DNA of 64,000 nucleotides from Eledone cirrhosa (Eukaryota): NCBI GenBank assembly GCA_964016885.1, contig OZ024748.1, positions 42,780,001 to 42,844,000 of the forward strand, read 5' to 3'. Shown piece by piece: positions 1 to 11,670 of this stretch (position 1 is its first letter; each line of letters starts with the position of its first letter). The notes under the pieces were generated by a model. It saw only the letters and a program-made list of their open reading frames with translations, ran no database searches and was not told where the DNA came from. The position numbers and the translations under genes were made by a program.

Positions 1-905
1 TGCGGCTGCTGTGCATGGCAGTGATCCAGCCCCTGAAAACGGGTCCGAAGCCTGCCACCGCTAGCACCGCATCCAAGTAACCATGGTCGACCCTATAGAA
101 CTCCTTAGATTGATCCAAGTTGATCAGGGCCCCACCAAAGTCGGGTTCGTTCCCAACCCTCTCTATGATGTATCGGATGAGGTGGAGGTTGTCGTGGATG
201 GACCTGGACGGGATAGCACATGTCTGCGCATCTCCCACCAGGTTTCCCACGACAAGCGCCAACCTCTTTGCTAGCACCTTGGCCAAAATGTAACTCTGTA
301 TTTAGCAGAGTTATGGGCTTGAAATTATTTATATCGTCCCCCTTGTTCTCGTCCTTCCTCACTAGCACAGGGAATTCTCCCGTTATGTTGCCAGTTGCAG
401 TAGATCACCTTGAGGAGATCGGGGAACAAGTCCGGCATAGCTAGATATAGTTCGTATGGAAGACCATCGAGACCCGGGGATTTGCGTTTGCCGCATTGAC
501 TCAGCACGTCCTCTATCTCAGCGGCTAAAATCGGCTCCTCGCAGGACTTCGCCTCCTTGTCCGAGAGATGCGGCAGGCCGTCGAGGTATGGACCGAAGTC
601 CACTTCCCCAACCGGCTCCCGCCCCTTCCGAACAATCTGGCAAAGTGCTTTTGAAAAGCCTCGCACATCTGCTTAGGTTCAAGGATCACCCGTCCATCCT
701 GATCTTGCAAAGACCGGATAGTGGATCTACTCCCTCTTTTGGCTTCTGTCACGCGGGCCCCTCGTTTCCCAGAGCACGTATTTTGCTTCGGACGATGCAG
801 CCTTCGTGTTTCGCGTCGAAGAACTGGCCCAGGGCCGTTCTCGATGCTAGCACTCTGGCCACGTCGCCGCTTCTAATTGCCTCTTCTACACTATCTACCA
901 ACTCC
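1..905 (-). mobile_element. L1/Tx1-clade LINE ORF2 fragment (pre-RT linker and RT N-terminus), frameshifted; runs off the window start
   Basis: Minus-strand pieces KSPGLDGLPYELY and NFKPITLLNTE are typical L1/Tx1 RT motifs, split over several frames; GC-rich relative to flanks. Confidence 0.85.
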
Positions 906-1079
906 CTTTAAGATAACTATTTATTAAGTAATCAGTCCACCATATACTATCGTTATCGTTATATATCAGTGTAGGTGCACCCATACCTATAACATGTGTG
1001 TCATATTGATACGCCGTACGTTAAGTGACGCGGGGTAAAATTTGTTAAGATGGCCTTCGTAATATTATTTTATTGATCT

Positions 1080-1800
1080 AGTTTTTATAAGTTAAACTGC
1101 TTGAAAAATTGTGAGTTGGTTGCTGAAAATCTCTGTAAGTATACTGGACGAGGTAAAGTTTCGTCGCCCAAATTCCTTCAACTCTGGGGCGTTGGTTTTT
1201 TGCGATGTGTGGTCGTGTGATGCCGTGCAAGCCAATTGAAACTTTTCTATTGACCAATGTTTGACACATACGCTACAATTTCATCAATTTCGTGACAATA
1301 TTTCTCTGCTGTAATTGTTTCGCCAAGATTTAGAAAGCTGTACTTGAGTAATCCAGCTGCGGACCACTGAACAGTCACCATAACCTTCTTTTGGTGAAAC
1401 TTCGGCTTTTGGAAGTGTTTAGGAACTTCATCTCGGTCCAACCACTGTGATGATGACGTCGGTTGTTGTAGAGGATCCACTTTTCATCACACACCACAAT
1501 GGATGAAGGAGTAATGCCCATACTCTTGTCAGGAACTCTAAGACCTGTGAGATCGACCTTGTGGGACCCTTTTCTTGCACAAAAAAAGCGAAGAGCAGAC
1601 TTCATAACAACGATTTTTCGGGGGGGGGGGGGGGGGGTTCAATTCGTGTGGCACCCAGTTTTCAAGCGTCTTCGACTTTCCAATTTGTTCAACTGTTCAG
1701 AAATGGTTCCAATGCTGATATCTAACCTCTTCCATCAAACCCTTCGATTCATCGTCATCAATGGTAGAAGGGCTAACTTTGTGTTGTGTACTCATTAAAC
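1080..1800 (-). mobile_element. Degenerate mariner transposase remnant
   Basis: IVVCDEKWILYNNRR, QWLDRDEVPKHFQKPKFHQKKVMVTVQWSAAG, FLNLGETITAEKYC and a degraded HDNARPH-like segment (LHGITRPHIAK) across frameshifts. Confidence 0.85.
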
Positions 1801-2036
1801 ACTTCCTTGGCACCAAACTTCACTGATGTTTATAACCGTTTGTTCTACACTACGACCCAGTAAAAAACTAGCAAAAATCCTGTTTTGACATCTCGACTTC
1901 AAAAATCCCAAATCAAGTACTGGAGTTCGATTTAATCAACCATGCCCTTTCCTCTAAATATGTTGGCCTTGTGTTTAAATTAGGAATCAATATAATGGTT
2001 ATTATAACTGTTCTGACATCAATATTGGTTTTTCAG

Positions 2037-2186
2037 CGATACGCAAGAAAAACAATGATATCGCCTTATTGAAAATGGCAAACCCGATGCCAGATAAAAA
2101 ATGTAAACCTATTACAATTGGTCCATCAAATATCCCGAAAATAGGAGACCTGTGTATTGCTATGGGATGGGGATGTGATAGATATG
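2037..2186 (+). CDS. Serine protease exon (catalytic Asp)
   Basis: tttcag|...IRKKNNDIALLKMANPMPDKKCKPITIGPSNIPKIGDLCIAMGWGCDRY G|gtaagt. Confidence 0.9.
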
Positions 2187-2815
2187 GTAAGTAATACGTT
2201 TTTATCCATAATTAATATACATATAATTGGCGCAGTCATTAGAACGTAATTAATATACATATAATTTACATATAATTGGCAGATTCATTAGAACGTAATT
2301 AATTTAAGTATAATTGGTCGAGTCATTAGAACGTAATTAATTTAAATATAATTAGTAGAGTCATTTGAACGTAATTAATTTACACATAATTGGCAGTCAT
2401 TAGAACGTAATTAATTTAAGTATAATTGGTCGAGTCATTAGAACGTAATTAATTTAAATATAATTAGTAGAGTCATTTGAACGTAATTAATTTACACATA
2501 ATTGGCAGTCATTAGAACTTAATTAATTTAAATATAATTAGCAGAATCATTAGAGCGTCAGATAGAATACTTTGCGCTATTCACTTCAGCTCTCTCTGAG
2601 TTCAAATCCCGCTCAGGCCAACTTTCATTATTTCCACATTGACAAAAAAAAAAGTACCAGTTTAGTACTGAGGTCGATTCTTCCTCTACATCTTTTTCTC
2701 ACCCCCCCCCCCCCCCCTCTCTCTCTCCGGAAGAAATCCGACAAAAGCCATGATAGTTGCCGTAGCAACTTAGTTTCAAAGACGTCAAAAATTTATCTGA
2801 TTTTCCTCTCTTCAC

Positions 2816-2861
<46 letters not shown>

Positions 2862-3895
2862 CGCACTTTCTCTCCCTATCTCCCCCCCTCCCCCACACTT
2901 TATCTCCCTATCTCTCTTTCTCGCTCTCTCTCTCTATATATATATATCGCATTTTACTCCCCTATCTCTTTCTCTCAGTAATATAAATCTATTTATAACC
3001 ACTAATATCTCGCTACACCATCATTTCACGTAAACTAACTGGAACATCGTTTTAGGACAGACAGGCGTGACAATGGAGGCTTATAATCGGATGAAACCTT
3101 CAACTTAATAGTTCCGACATTAACGCAAGATTTCAAAGTTGTAAAGATAATTATAATCAACTTTAATCACTCCATTACATGTATGATAGATACTTCAAAG
3201 TGGTGAAGGTGCTTTTAATCAACTCCAATAATCCTAATACATATATGATAAGTATTGTATGACTATCTCTAGAGAGATAAGTGTACACAACTCCATTCAC
3301 CTCTGTACATGTATTACAGCTAATTCAAAGTTGTAAAGAGATGGCTGTAATCAACTTCATTTATCCCAGTATATTTATGAAAGGTATTCGATTCCTGGAC
3401 AGGGCGATGCGTTATGTCCTTGAGCAAGACACTTTATTTCACGTTGCTCCTTCTACCTGGAATTGCGACCAATAGATAGTATTAGCAATTGGAAAGACCA
3501 ACGGAAACATTGTTTCGTCGGTCCGATTTGACGAAAGTCGATCGTTCCTTTATATTACCACCGATTATCTGTAGGGAGATTAAAGGTAAAGATTAGATCA
3601 CAGTCACTAAAAACGTGAATAAAATGACAGAACTAAACAGTTTCCCATTTAAACGATGTTCAAGTTGAACTGGCTTATCACATTAACATTGGATTTGGCA
3701 GTATCAGTAGAGGGTCGGACGCCATGCTTTCTAGCATAGTTACATCCCTTTTCGGTCTCAGTTCAAATCCCGTCGAGGTTAGCTTTGCTTTTCATCCTTA
3801 CGGGGTCGATAAAATAAAGTACCAGTAATGTACTTGTGCCAAAAGTAGAAACAATTACAAATATAAATATATATATATATACATACATACATGTA

Positions 3896-3954
<59 letters not shown>

Positions 3955-4390
3955 GTAGAACACTGGTGGGTTATGTCCGTAGTAGTAGAGCACTCAGTCC
4001 ATGGGACGAGTTTGGTAGAAGTAGTTCTACAAGAGTTAGTTCACCATTTCTGAGAACAATATTTGGATCATCAGCTCGTTGTAACCCCCCCCCCCCCCCC
4101 CCCCAAAAAAACCGAGCTGATGATCCGAATAAGGTGAAACAATTTGTTCTCGGTTTGGTGAATTAACTGCAAGAGATGTCAACATGAATGGACCTGTTAT
4201 TTTTATCTAAAGACATTTTTTTCCAATTCCATCCCGCCTGTCACCTCAATCTATTTTATTTCTCATTCTTTCTTCTGATGAAGGACTAGCGTCCGAAACG
4301 TTAAGACCCTCTTCCTGCTATATCAAGCGTTAACCTAATATATACCTTCCATATACTGTACCGATTGTGTTGTTTTTTCTGTTTACCTTT

Positions 4391-4425
<35 letters not shown>

Positions 4426-7050
4426 TATATTTCAGGTGAAAATGAATATTCAAAAGCTCAGCTTTATGAAATTATTTTACCAATTCTTTCAATAATGGAT
4501 TGTGCCCGGAATTTTAGTGAGCTGAACTACGGGAATTCATCGACGAAGTTATGTGCTGGATATTTCAAACATGACAAAGGAATATGTCCAGTAAGAGACC
4601 AAAAGCATATTTAATACACATCACATCTAAAGTTAAAGTCTGTCCCAAGCCCCGTGAATCTTCCAGCTAGTGATTATCCCGGTTTTTATTACCGTTAAAT
4701 GGACTGATAGTGAAAGACTTCCTTCCTCTTGGACAGGACGCCAGTCCATTGCAGAGTTAAGTTCCCAGCAACTGCCGGTACTTATCCTTAGATGAGTGTA
4801 CTGGAACAACGTAAAATGAAGTGTTTCGCTCAAGAATGCGCAACTTAGTTCACGAATCGAACCCACAACATTATGTAATTTATAAAATCTATGAAGTCCT
4901 GACGTAAACTTGAAGTAACCAACTCTAGTGGATAGATGTATTCTTTTCAGGACGAATGTTAAAAAAGAATGATGCAGGAATTGTGATGTCGACAATGTTT
5001 ATTTTACAACAATATTCACTTGTTGGTACATTGAATATCGAGTAACAAAATCGTGACAGAAATTATCACTACATTATTTGCTGACTAGCCACTTCGAGGT
5101 AGCGTGTATGCATGTATCAATAAAACGATACAATAGAAGTGAAATAACAGGAAGCCGAAAGGATAGATAAATTGTAGTAGGAACAATATAATGAAACCTA
5201 CTGTGTGTGTGGGGGGGGGCGTGTGTGTATGTGTGTGTTTGTTAATCCTTAGTTTACGTTGTCCTGTAGTTGGTCAATCTGCCGAGCTGGTATGAAATGT
5301 GAGAGCCTGTAAGGCCAGAAGAGAGATAGAGTAAAAGGTCTGTAGAACGTGAATATGTTACATCGTTAACCTCTCACGAGCTGCTACTTCGGTTTCTTTG
5401 GTGGATTCCCTAAATACTTGTATTTATAATAACGCTATAGCTAGAAGGATGTGTATGTGGGTTGATTTAGGAGTAGCCATGTGTGTTCCATCTGTCAAGA
5501 ACCTGGGGTCACAGGTCAAGTGGTATATACGTTTATCATAGTTGTCTCTTAACAGGAAAATGGTGGGAACTCCCAACAATAGGTGGTTTTAGAGGCGAGA
5601 ACCTTCAGATTCGATTTCGACAAACGTAAGAAGAATTGATTTCGATTTGTAATTGATGATTTAAAGACTGGGTTGTGTTAAAATTATAGTTCGCATTCAA
5701 TATGGAACCTAGAATTTTAATCAAATGTTCGATAGGCCGGATAATAAATTAATCGATATATACTGTGTACGTTTTAAAGTGCAAACGAAGTATATTTGAA
5801 ACGGGTCCTCTTTATTTACCCTGTAACTTTATATAAAGGCGGTGTCGTGTCATCTTTCCTATAACAAAATTCTATACGCCTGCAGAAGAAAAGGAATTTT
5901 TGCTACGTAATTTCTCGATTTCCTGCTTATATTTATGTGAATGTCCTCAATATCTTAGGCTTTAGTGGTTTCTTGTTACTGTTGTCTCAAGCTATTGCTG
6001 TTTATCTGGTCAAAATCTGAGATTAGTGATTAGATCCCAGGGTCGAACGCGAAGTGAACTACAAACCTGGTAACTAAGGCCTTACTTAATAGACTCAGAT
6101 AATCTGCTCCATGACATGGTTGAGGGTTCTCAGCTTCTGGACCAACACCACTTGAGGTCACCCCGCCCTTTCTCTCGTCACACAGCAAATATGCGAGACT
6201 CGGGTTTCAACAAGCTTCAGACGTGGAGAATCAACTGAATGTCGACCCCGATATAACCATCCCACAAGGTGCTAACCTTTCTCGTGGGGAGCAGGGAACT
6301 CTGAATCAGCTACGTCCAGGTGTCGGCAGATTCAATACAGCAGCTTGTGGGTTTGGCTCGCTAGAGCAGACTGGTAAAGATATACAGGGCGGGTGCCTGG
6401 ATCTCAACCCAGCTGAGAGTGTGGACCTTTGCACCCTAATCTCATTACTGTTATATATTGGGGTCCATTTAAATTGACTTCCCGCCGCCCCTTAAATTGC
6501 TGGCTTTATGTCAATATGGCAGTAGAATTGGTAGAGTGTCGTACAATATGCTTTGTGGAATAGAGTTACGGCCCTTTGCGTTCTGAGTTCAAATCCCGCC
6601 GTGGCTAGCTTTAATTTCATCCTTACAGGGGTCGATAAAATAAAGTACCAGTAATGTACTAGGGTCGATCTGATTAACTTCCCCTCCCCCCTTCCTCCGC
6701 CCCAAATTGCTGGCCTTGTGCCTAAAATATAAATCAATATTATTATTTCTAGCATTATATTGATCTTTAATGTAATTGATTTGTAACAATATCACTTTTC
6801 TTTCTGTTGTAGGGCGATAGTGGCGGGCCGTTAATCTGCCGATTTCAACATCGATGGGTTCTTTCTGGGGTCACATCCTTTACTTTGTCTCAATTACCAG
6901 CGATCTTCACCAAAGTCTCAGAATATGAGAACTGGATAAATAAAACTATAGAAAAGGATTACAGAGAAAGTTCAAAATACTCAACAAACCAATACAAAGA
7001 TAAAATTGATGTCAAGAGTAACTCCGATATTGGCTTTCATCGATATATCG

Positions 7051-7104
<54 letters not shown>

Positions 7105-7157
7105 GTAATAATAATAATGATAATGATAAAAATAATGATAATTCTGAAAATGATAAT

Positions 7158-7207
<50 letters not shown>

Positions 7208-7373
7208 GGGTCTCTATCGTAAACTATTCCTATTGTTATCTGACAGTGTCTCTGGGTCTTATACCAAACAAAACTCAATATATTTATATCCCATAAAGTA
7301 TAATAACCGAATGAGAGTATCTAATGATAAACGGGTTCCAATTCTAGTTAAGATATTTAACAGATATTGGTAA
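2037..7373 (+). CDS. S1 (chymotrypsin-fold) serine protease, 3' part; exons 2037-2186, 4436-4590, 6813-7373; exons with the catalytic His not in the window
   Basis: Exons join in frame (phases 1, 1, 0) with canonical AG/GT sites: NNDIALLKM (catalytic Asp), CIAMGWG, KLCAG, ICP|GDSGGPLIC (catalytic Ser), GVTSF, PAIFTKVSEYENWI. Confidence 0.9.
2215..2560 (+). repeat. ~35-bp AT-rich tandem repeat running into a SINE head
   Basis: Unit ~ataattggcagtcattagaacgtaattaattta; the last unit becomes ttagcagaatcattagagcgtcaga, the head of the SINE at ~2535-2690. Confidence 0.75.
3697..3857 (+). mobile_element. tRNA-derived SINE with Nin/Deu-like core (family A)
   Basis: ggcagtatcagtagagggtcgg...agttcaaatccc (B box)...tttcatccttacggggtcgataaaataaagtaccag...agtagaaacaatt; many near-identical copies in the window. 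Confidence 0.85.
4109..4156 (+). ncRNA. Type I hammerhead ribozyme motif
   Basis: Stem I aaaccgag/ctcggttt; CUGAUGA; short stem II (cc/gg, first pair mismatched); GAAA; stem III caa/ttg; GUU site; inverted copy lacking GAAA at ~4036-4080. Confidence 0.7.
4271..4306 (+). ncRNA. Minimal type I hammerhead ribozyme (Penelope-type, palindromic stem III)
   Basis: tctt-CTGATGA-a-ggac-tagc-gtcc-GAAA-CGTT-aaga; stem I tctt/aaga, 4-bp stem II, ACGU palindrome. Confidence 0.75.
4436..4590 (+). CDS. Serine protease exon
   Basis: ttcag|GENEYSKAQLYEIILPILSIMDCARNFSELNYGNSSTKLCAGYFKHDKGICP|gtaaga. Confidence 0.9.
6100..6480 (+). mobile_element. LINE 3' remnant, Ingi/Vingi-like C-terminus
   Basis: PQGANLSRGEQGTLNQLRPGVGRF...CGFGSLEQTGKDIQGGC resembles the LNRLRTGxGR plus decayed Cys/His knuckle C-terminus. 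Confidence 0.55.
6518..6742 (+). mobile_element. SINE family A copy
   Basis: Same tRNA head, B box and ggggtcgataaaataaagtaccag core. Confidence 0.8.
6813..7373 (+). CDS. Serine protease last exon (GDSGGP) with Asn-rich extension
   Basis: ttgtag|GDSGGPLICRFQHRWVLSGVTSFTLSQLPAIFTKVSEYENWINKTI...; frame stays open through (AAT)n to TAA at 7371-7373. Confidence 0.85.
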
Positions 7374-7541
7374 AATTCCGTTATAACGAATACGATCATA
7401 ACGAATTTTTCAGTATAACGAAATTTTTTTCGATCCCCAGCCATATGCTCGATGTATTAGGTCGATCTCGTTATAAAGATTTTTTGGTTTACAACGAATT
7501 TTTTTATACTCCGTGAATTTCGTTGTAACGGAATTTCACTG
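7368..7541. mobile_element. Tc1/mariner-type MITE
   Basis: Inverted termini (tggt)aaaattccgttataacgaa / ttcgttgtaacggaatttcactg followed by TA. Confidence 0.7.
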
Positions 7542-8149
7542 TATCATATTCTGCGATTACAATAATAACCATTCTTCTATGACACTAGAACCCTTCCTTT
7601 TCGTTTTTTTTATATATTTTCTTATTTTCCATTCCATTCTTTCTTCTCAATCTAATTTTTCTTCTTTTTTCTATTAAATTATATTTAAATAATAAATTAA
7701 TTCAATTGTAAATATTGAATAATTGTATATAGTTTAAAGTGGCTGAATTCGAGTCAATAAGTCTATATTATATTCTACGGCCATTTAAATATAACAGAAT
7801 CTATGTAAGGTTTTATTTAACACTTAATTTATAGTTAAATCTACATGTCTTTTGCTATATATGTAACTTTGATAGGTTTCGGCCAGTATTGGCCGAGGCC
7901 ATATTAACTTAATAGCATCACCAGGCCAAATGTATTAAATACAAGGACCTTTCTCAATTGATGTATATCGATATATCGTTTATATTATATTCTATTATTG
8001 ATTCTCTGAACTGATGTTTATTGAGCTTTCTACTGGGAAACATTAATGATATACATTTTATATGTAATGATTAAACCTAAAATTAAGTTATATATGTATA
8101 CAAATATATGGTGGCTGCCAACTCGTTTTCAAGTACGGCCACTACTTTA

Positions 8150-8692
8150 TATCCATGTAGGAGAACCCCTACCGATGCGCTGAACGAGTGTGACTTTTCA
8201 GTCCAGCCAGCGACTTGAAAACTCTGGTACAAACACTACACTTGTGACAATTATTGACACATAGTGCTGGGCCCATGATACCATGTGACGACAAGTGCAG
8301 AGAGATCTCCAGATATAAAGCAATGCCTGTGCCGTGAAGCTTTTATAGTGAGCAAAGGCACTGCACAAAGCCAGTCCCACTCTCTTAACCAAGATGATAT
8401 TTACCAAAAAGAAGAACAAGTCAACATCATTGGATACCATCAGGGTTGCAGGTGTTATATCAGAGTTTTCCTTCTCCTAGAATTCTGCCTTGACAAAGGC
8501 TAAGGGGTCATCTCTCCCGGTGATTTTGGATGCCCTTTGACAGGTTTTGTTTTTAGTCCTGCAGAATGTCCAAAGTCACCCTCCTCACCAAGAAACCTTG
8601 GTGGGGTTGCCAGTTTAGTCACCAAAGACCCGACCATGAGACAGGTTGTACTGGGATACATGTAACCAGTAGCACCAACTGGTGACCTGACA
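8150..8692 (-). mobile_element. Probable LINE 5' UTR plus degraded ORF start
   Basis: GC-richer block starting abruptly at a (TA)n tract; structured 5' end; only weak endonuclease-like text; family not determined. Confidence 0.35.
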
Positions 8693-8971
8693 TATATATA
8701 TATATATATACATACACACACACACACATATTTATATATCCCGTTCCTCGTTTCTAAACAATACACCCGTTTACCGTCTCTAAACATAGGCCGTACTCAA
8801 CTAAATTCTGTTTGGCTTTATATATGAACTTGTGAAATGTAGCGATGTTTACGATATCGATATTTTCGTTGGAATTTTAAGTTACAATGACTTGTATTGT
8901 TTGAGATGTAGGTCAGTTCTACAGAAAGGATAATAACAACAATGCTATTATATTACAATGAGGGGGAAATA

Positions 8972-9178
8972 TAATTGTTTCTACTTTAGGCACACGGCCA
9001 GTAATTTTGAAGGGGAAGGGAAAATCGATTAAATCGACCCAGTGAGTGACTGGTACTTTATTTTATCGACCCCGTAAGGATGAAAGGCAAAGTTAACGAG
9101 ATTTGAACTCAGATCATAAAGGGGCGCAACTCTATGCTGCAAAGCATGGCGTTAGACCCTCTACCGATACTGCCAATC
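8972..9178 (-). mobile_element. SINE family A copy
   Basis: Reverse complement of the family A consensus. Confidence 0.8.
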
Positions 9179-9679
9179 CGTGAAAAGTTATCTTTTTCCT
9201 TGTAAGTCGATAGTTATTTTATCTAAAGTTTTGTACAGCGAAATGGCAGACAATTTAGCATTGACGTTTGTCGTTCTCTATGTCTGACGATGTCTTTGTC
9301 TCTTCCAGTACCTCTCTTTCTTTTTCTCTGTGAGGAGGAGGAGTAAATCAGACGTGATAAGACTTGGAGGGGGATCAGCACCGATAGGATTAAAATTTCA
9401 TCGAATTCCAATGCGAGAAAAAAAAGACCCACCCCCACCACACACGCAAAAAAAAATCAAGTAAAAGAAATTTTACGATACATCAACGTTTACATATAAA
9501 AGGAGCAACAGAAACTACATCCCAGTTTAGGGGGTATATCTCAGCTGTACCCCTGGGACAAAATAGGGAAGACATTGCAGCAGACACTACACCCCAGTTT
9601 AGGGGGTATATCTCAGCTGTACCCCTGGGACAAAGTAGAGAAGGCATTGCAGCAGAAAACAGCCAGTAATACTAGCTAC

Positions 9680-10150
9680 ATCAGCCATTCTATCTCAGTT
9701 TCTTCTTCTGACAGGATGTACTCTCCCCTCGATTTTGTGGAGGTAAGCGACAGATCAGGCACCGAGAACACCAGAGGTATTGACAACGACCAACATAGAA
9801 AGGAAACAGTCGGAAAGTCTTGGATTTTAGCTGTCTTCGTCTCCTCTTATGGATGGCAGAGACTGGGTTTCTGACCAAAACCACAATGTAGGAGGTAGAA
9901 AATGTGCCGCAGCACTTGGCTTCCCAAATTAGAGATTTACCTATCTCAAATAGGAAAAGGGTTATCATGTCTGGGTTCGTACCATTATCATGGTGGAGTC
10001 CCAGTGACTCGAGTTGTGATGGGGAACCAGCCGCATTAAAGGTCCTTCTGATGGCAACATCCAAGTTGGTGAGTTGAAGGATCCAACCAGCTCTGTGGTG
10101 ACAAGAGAGCAAGTGTATACTGAACTTGTCAAGCATGACTCCACTACGGA
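9680..10150 (-). mobile_element. Degenerate restriction-like endonuclease domain of a CRE-type non-LTR retrotransposon
   Basis: HLLSC...LNLDVAIRRTFNAAGSPSQLESLGLHHDNGTNPDMITLFLFEIGKSLIWEAKCCGTF matches the HxLSC...EPxGL..DGxRPDG...GKxLxWD pattern. Confidence 0.65.
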
Positions 10151-10152
10151 AT

Positions 10153-10222
10153 TTAACCGTTTAGCATTTACATTACTCTATATCAGTGGTTCCCAAAGTG
10201 GGTTCCACATAAATAGAGGAGA

Positions 10223-10256
<34 letters not shown>

Positions 10257-10490
10257 CGACCATATAACAGTATTTGACTTTGAGGTTCCCCCAAAAGTTG
10301 CTGAACCAACAAGGGTTCTGCATTTGAAAAAGTTTGGTAAACCCTGCGATGTATATTTACTATTATATTTTCATGAGATTTTTGTTTCGAGAACAATGCC
10401 ATAACATAAGTATGAGCAGCCAGTTACAGCCGATTTGAACAGAAAGAGGTGAGAGAATTCTGGCCAGATACAGCCGGTTTAAATATTTGT
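10153..10490 (+). mobile_element. piggyBac-type MITE interrupted by a hAT-like MITE (10184-10346)
   Basis: ttaaccgtttagcatttacattactcta start and 3' half shared with 10785-11001 and 57063-57276; insert has cagtggttcccaaa / tttggtaaaccctg ends. Confidence 0.65.
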
Positions 10491-10784
10491 GTGAGTTGTT
10501 TCTCAGGCAAAGAGAACATACAGAAGATATAATAATAACAGACTTGGATTAAAAAAAAAAATGTAGGATGAAAGGGGGGGAAAGAATCCCTTCTAATTGC
10601 CCCACAAAAATAAACAATTAGAAGTAAAAAACAAAAGAATGCCAGCAAGATAGTGTCAGGTGAATGGCAGAGGAGGCAAATATGTCAATCATTTAGTGTG
10701 TGAATAACAAGATGACAAAAATATATACATCAGATGACATGACAGGCTATGGGAACAAACAGAAGATTAGTAGGAAACTTGGAT

Positions 10785-11001
10785 TTAACCCTTTTCCATT
10801 TACATTATTCTATATATATTATTGTAATTTTGTGGTAAAGGCTTTACCTCACATAATATTGAATCAATCAGATTTTGATGTTATTTATTTTGAGAACAAT
10901 ACCGTAATGTCAGTATGAGCGGCCAGTTACAGCCGATTTGAACAGAAAGAGGTGAGAGAGTTCTGGCCGGATACAGCCGGCTTAAATGCCAAAGGGTTTA
11001 A
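10785..11001 (+). mobile_element. piggyBac-type MITE
   Basis: TTAA-CCCTTT...AAAGGG-TTTAA ends; homologous to 57063-57276. Confidence 0.75.
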
Positions 11002-11479
11002 CCAGTTTAATACTTTTGATATCGACCTAACAGTGAGCCTACTTTTACGATACAAAACTTTATTTTAATGGATTTTATTTGAATTTAGAACAAAAATAAA
11101 ACATAATGATGATTTTTTTTTTTCTTCGTTATTATAGAACAGATCCAACCAGATCAGTTGGAGACAGTTGCTTCTGACAGGACACACTGGAAGTAAGCAA
11201 AGAAGAATAGACTTTATTCTGATTGGTCCATCCATTTTATTTTCATGGGGAGAGGAGGCAGGAGAAACTATTTCATACTTCCTTATTTGGGAACAAAAAT
11301 AATAGTAATAACTGTAGAATTATATTTATCAATCAACCCCAGTGCATTGCTAGTACTTTATTGATACCATAAAGATAAAAAGCAACACTGAGGTAGGATT
11401 TGAATCCAGAATGTAAAGGGCTGTAACTGCCAATCTACTACATGTTTTACCATAATATTTATTTTTTAGTATTGACAAT

Positions 11480-11670
11480 AATAGTTTCTACTTCAGGCAC
11501 AAAGCCAGCAATTTTAGGGGAGGGGATGCCAATTGAATTGACCCCAGTGTGTTACTGGTACTTTATTTTATTAACCCTGTAAGGATAAAAGACAGTTAAC
11601 TTCAGTGGGATTTGAACTCAGAATGTAAGAGAATGTAGCTATATTCTACAAAGCAAGTTGTCTAACGCTA
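11480..11670 (-). mobile_element. SINE family A copy (diverged)
   Basis: ctggtactttatttt...gatttgaactcaga. Confidence 0.7.

Noticed and set aside
7870-7930. Possible hammerhead on the minus strand (CUGGUGA...ggcc GAAA)
   Set aside because: Core mutated and no pairing stem I
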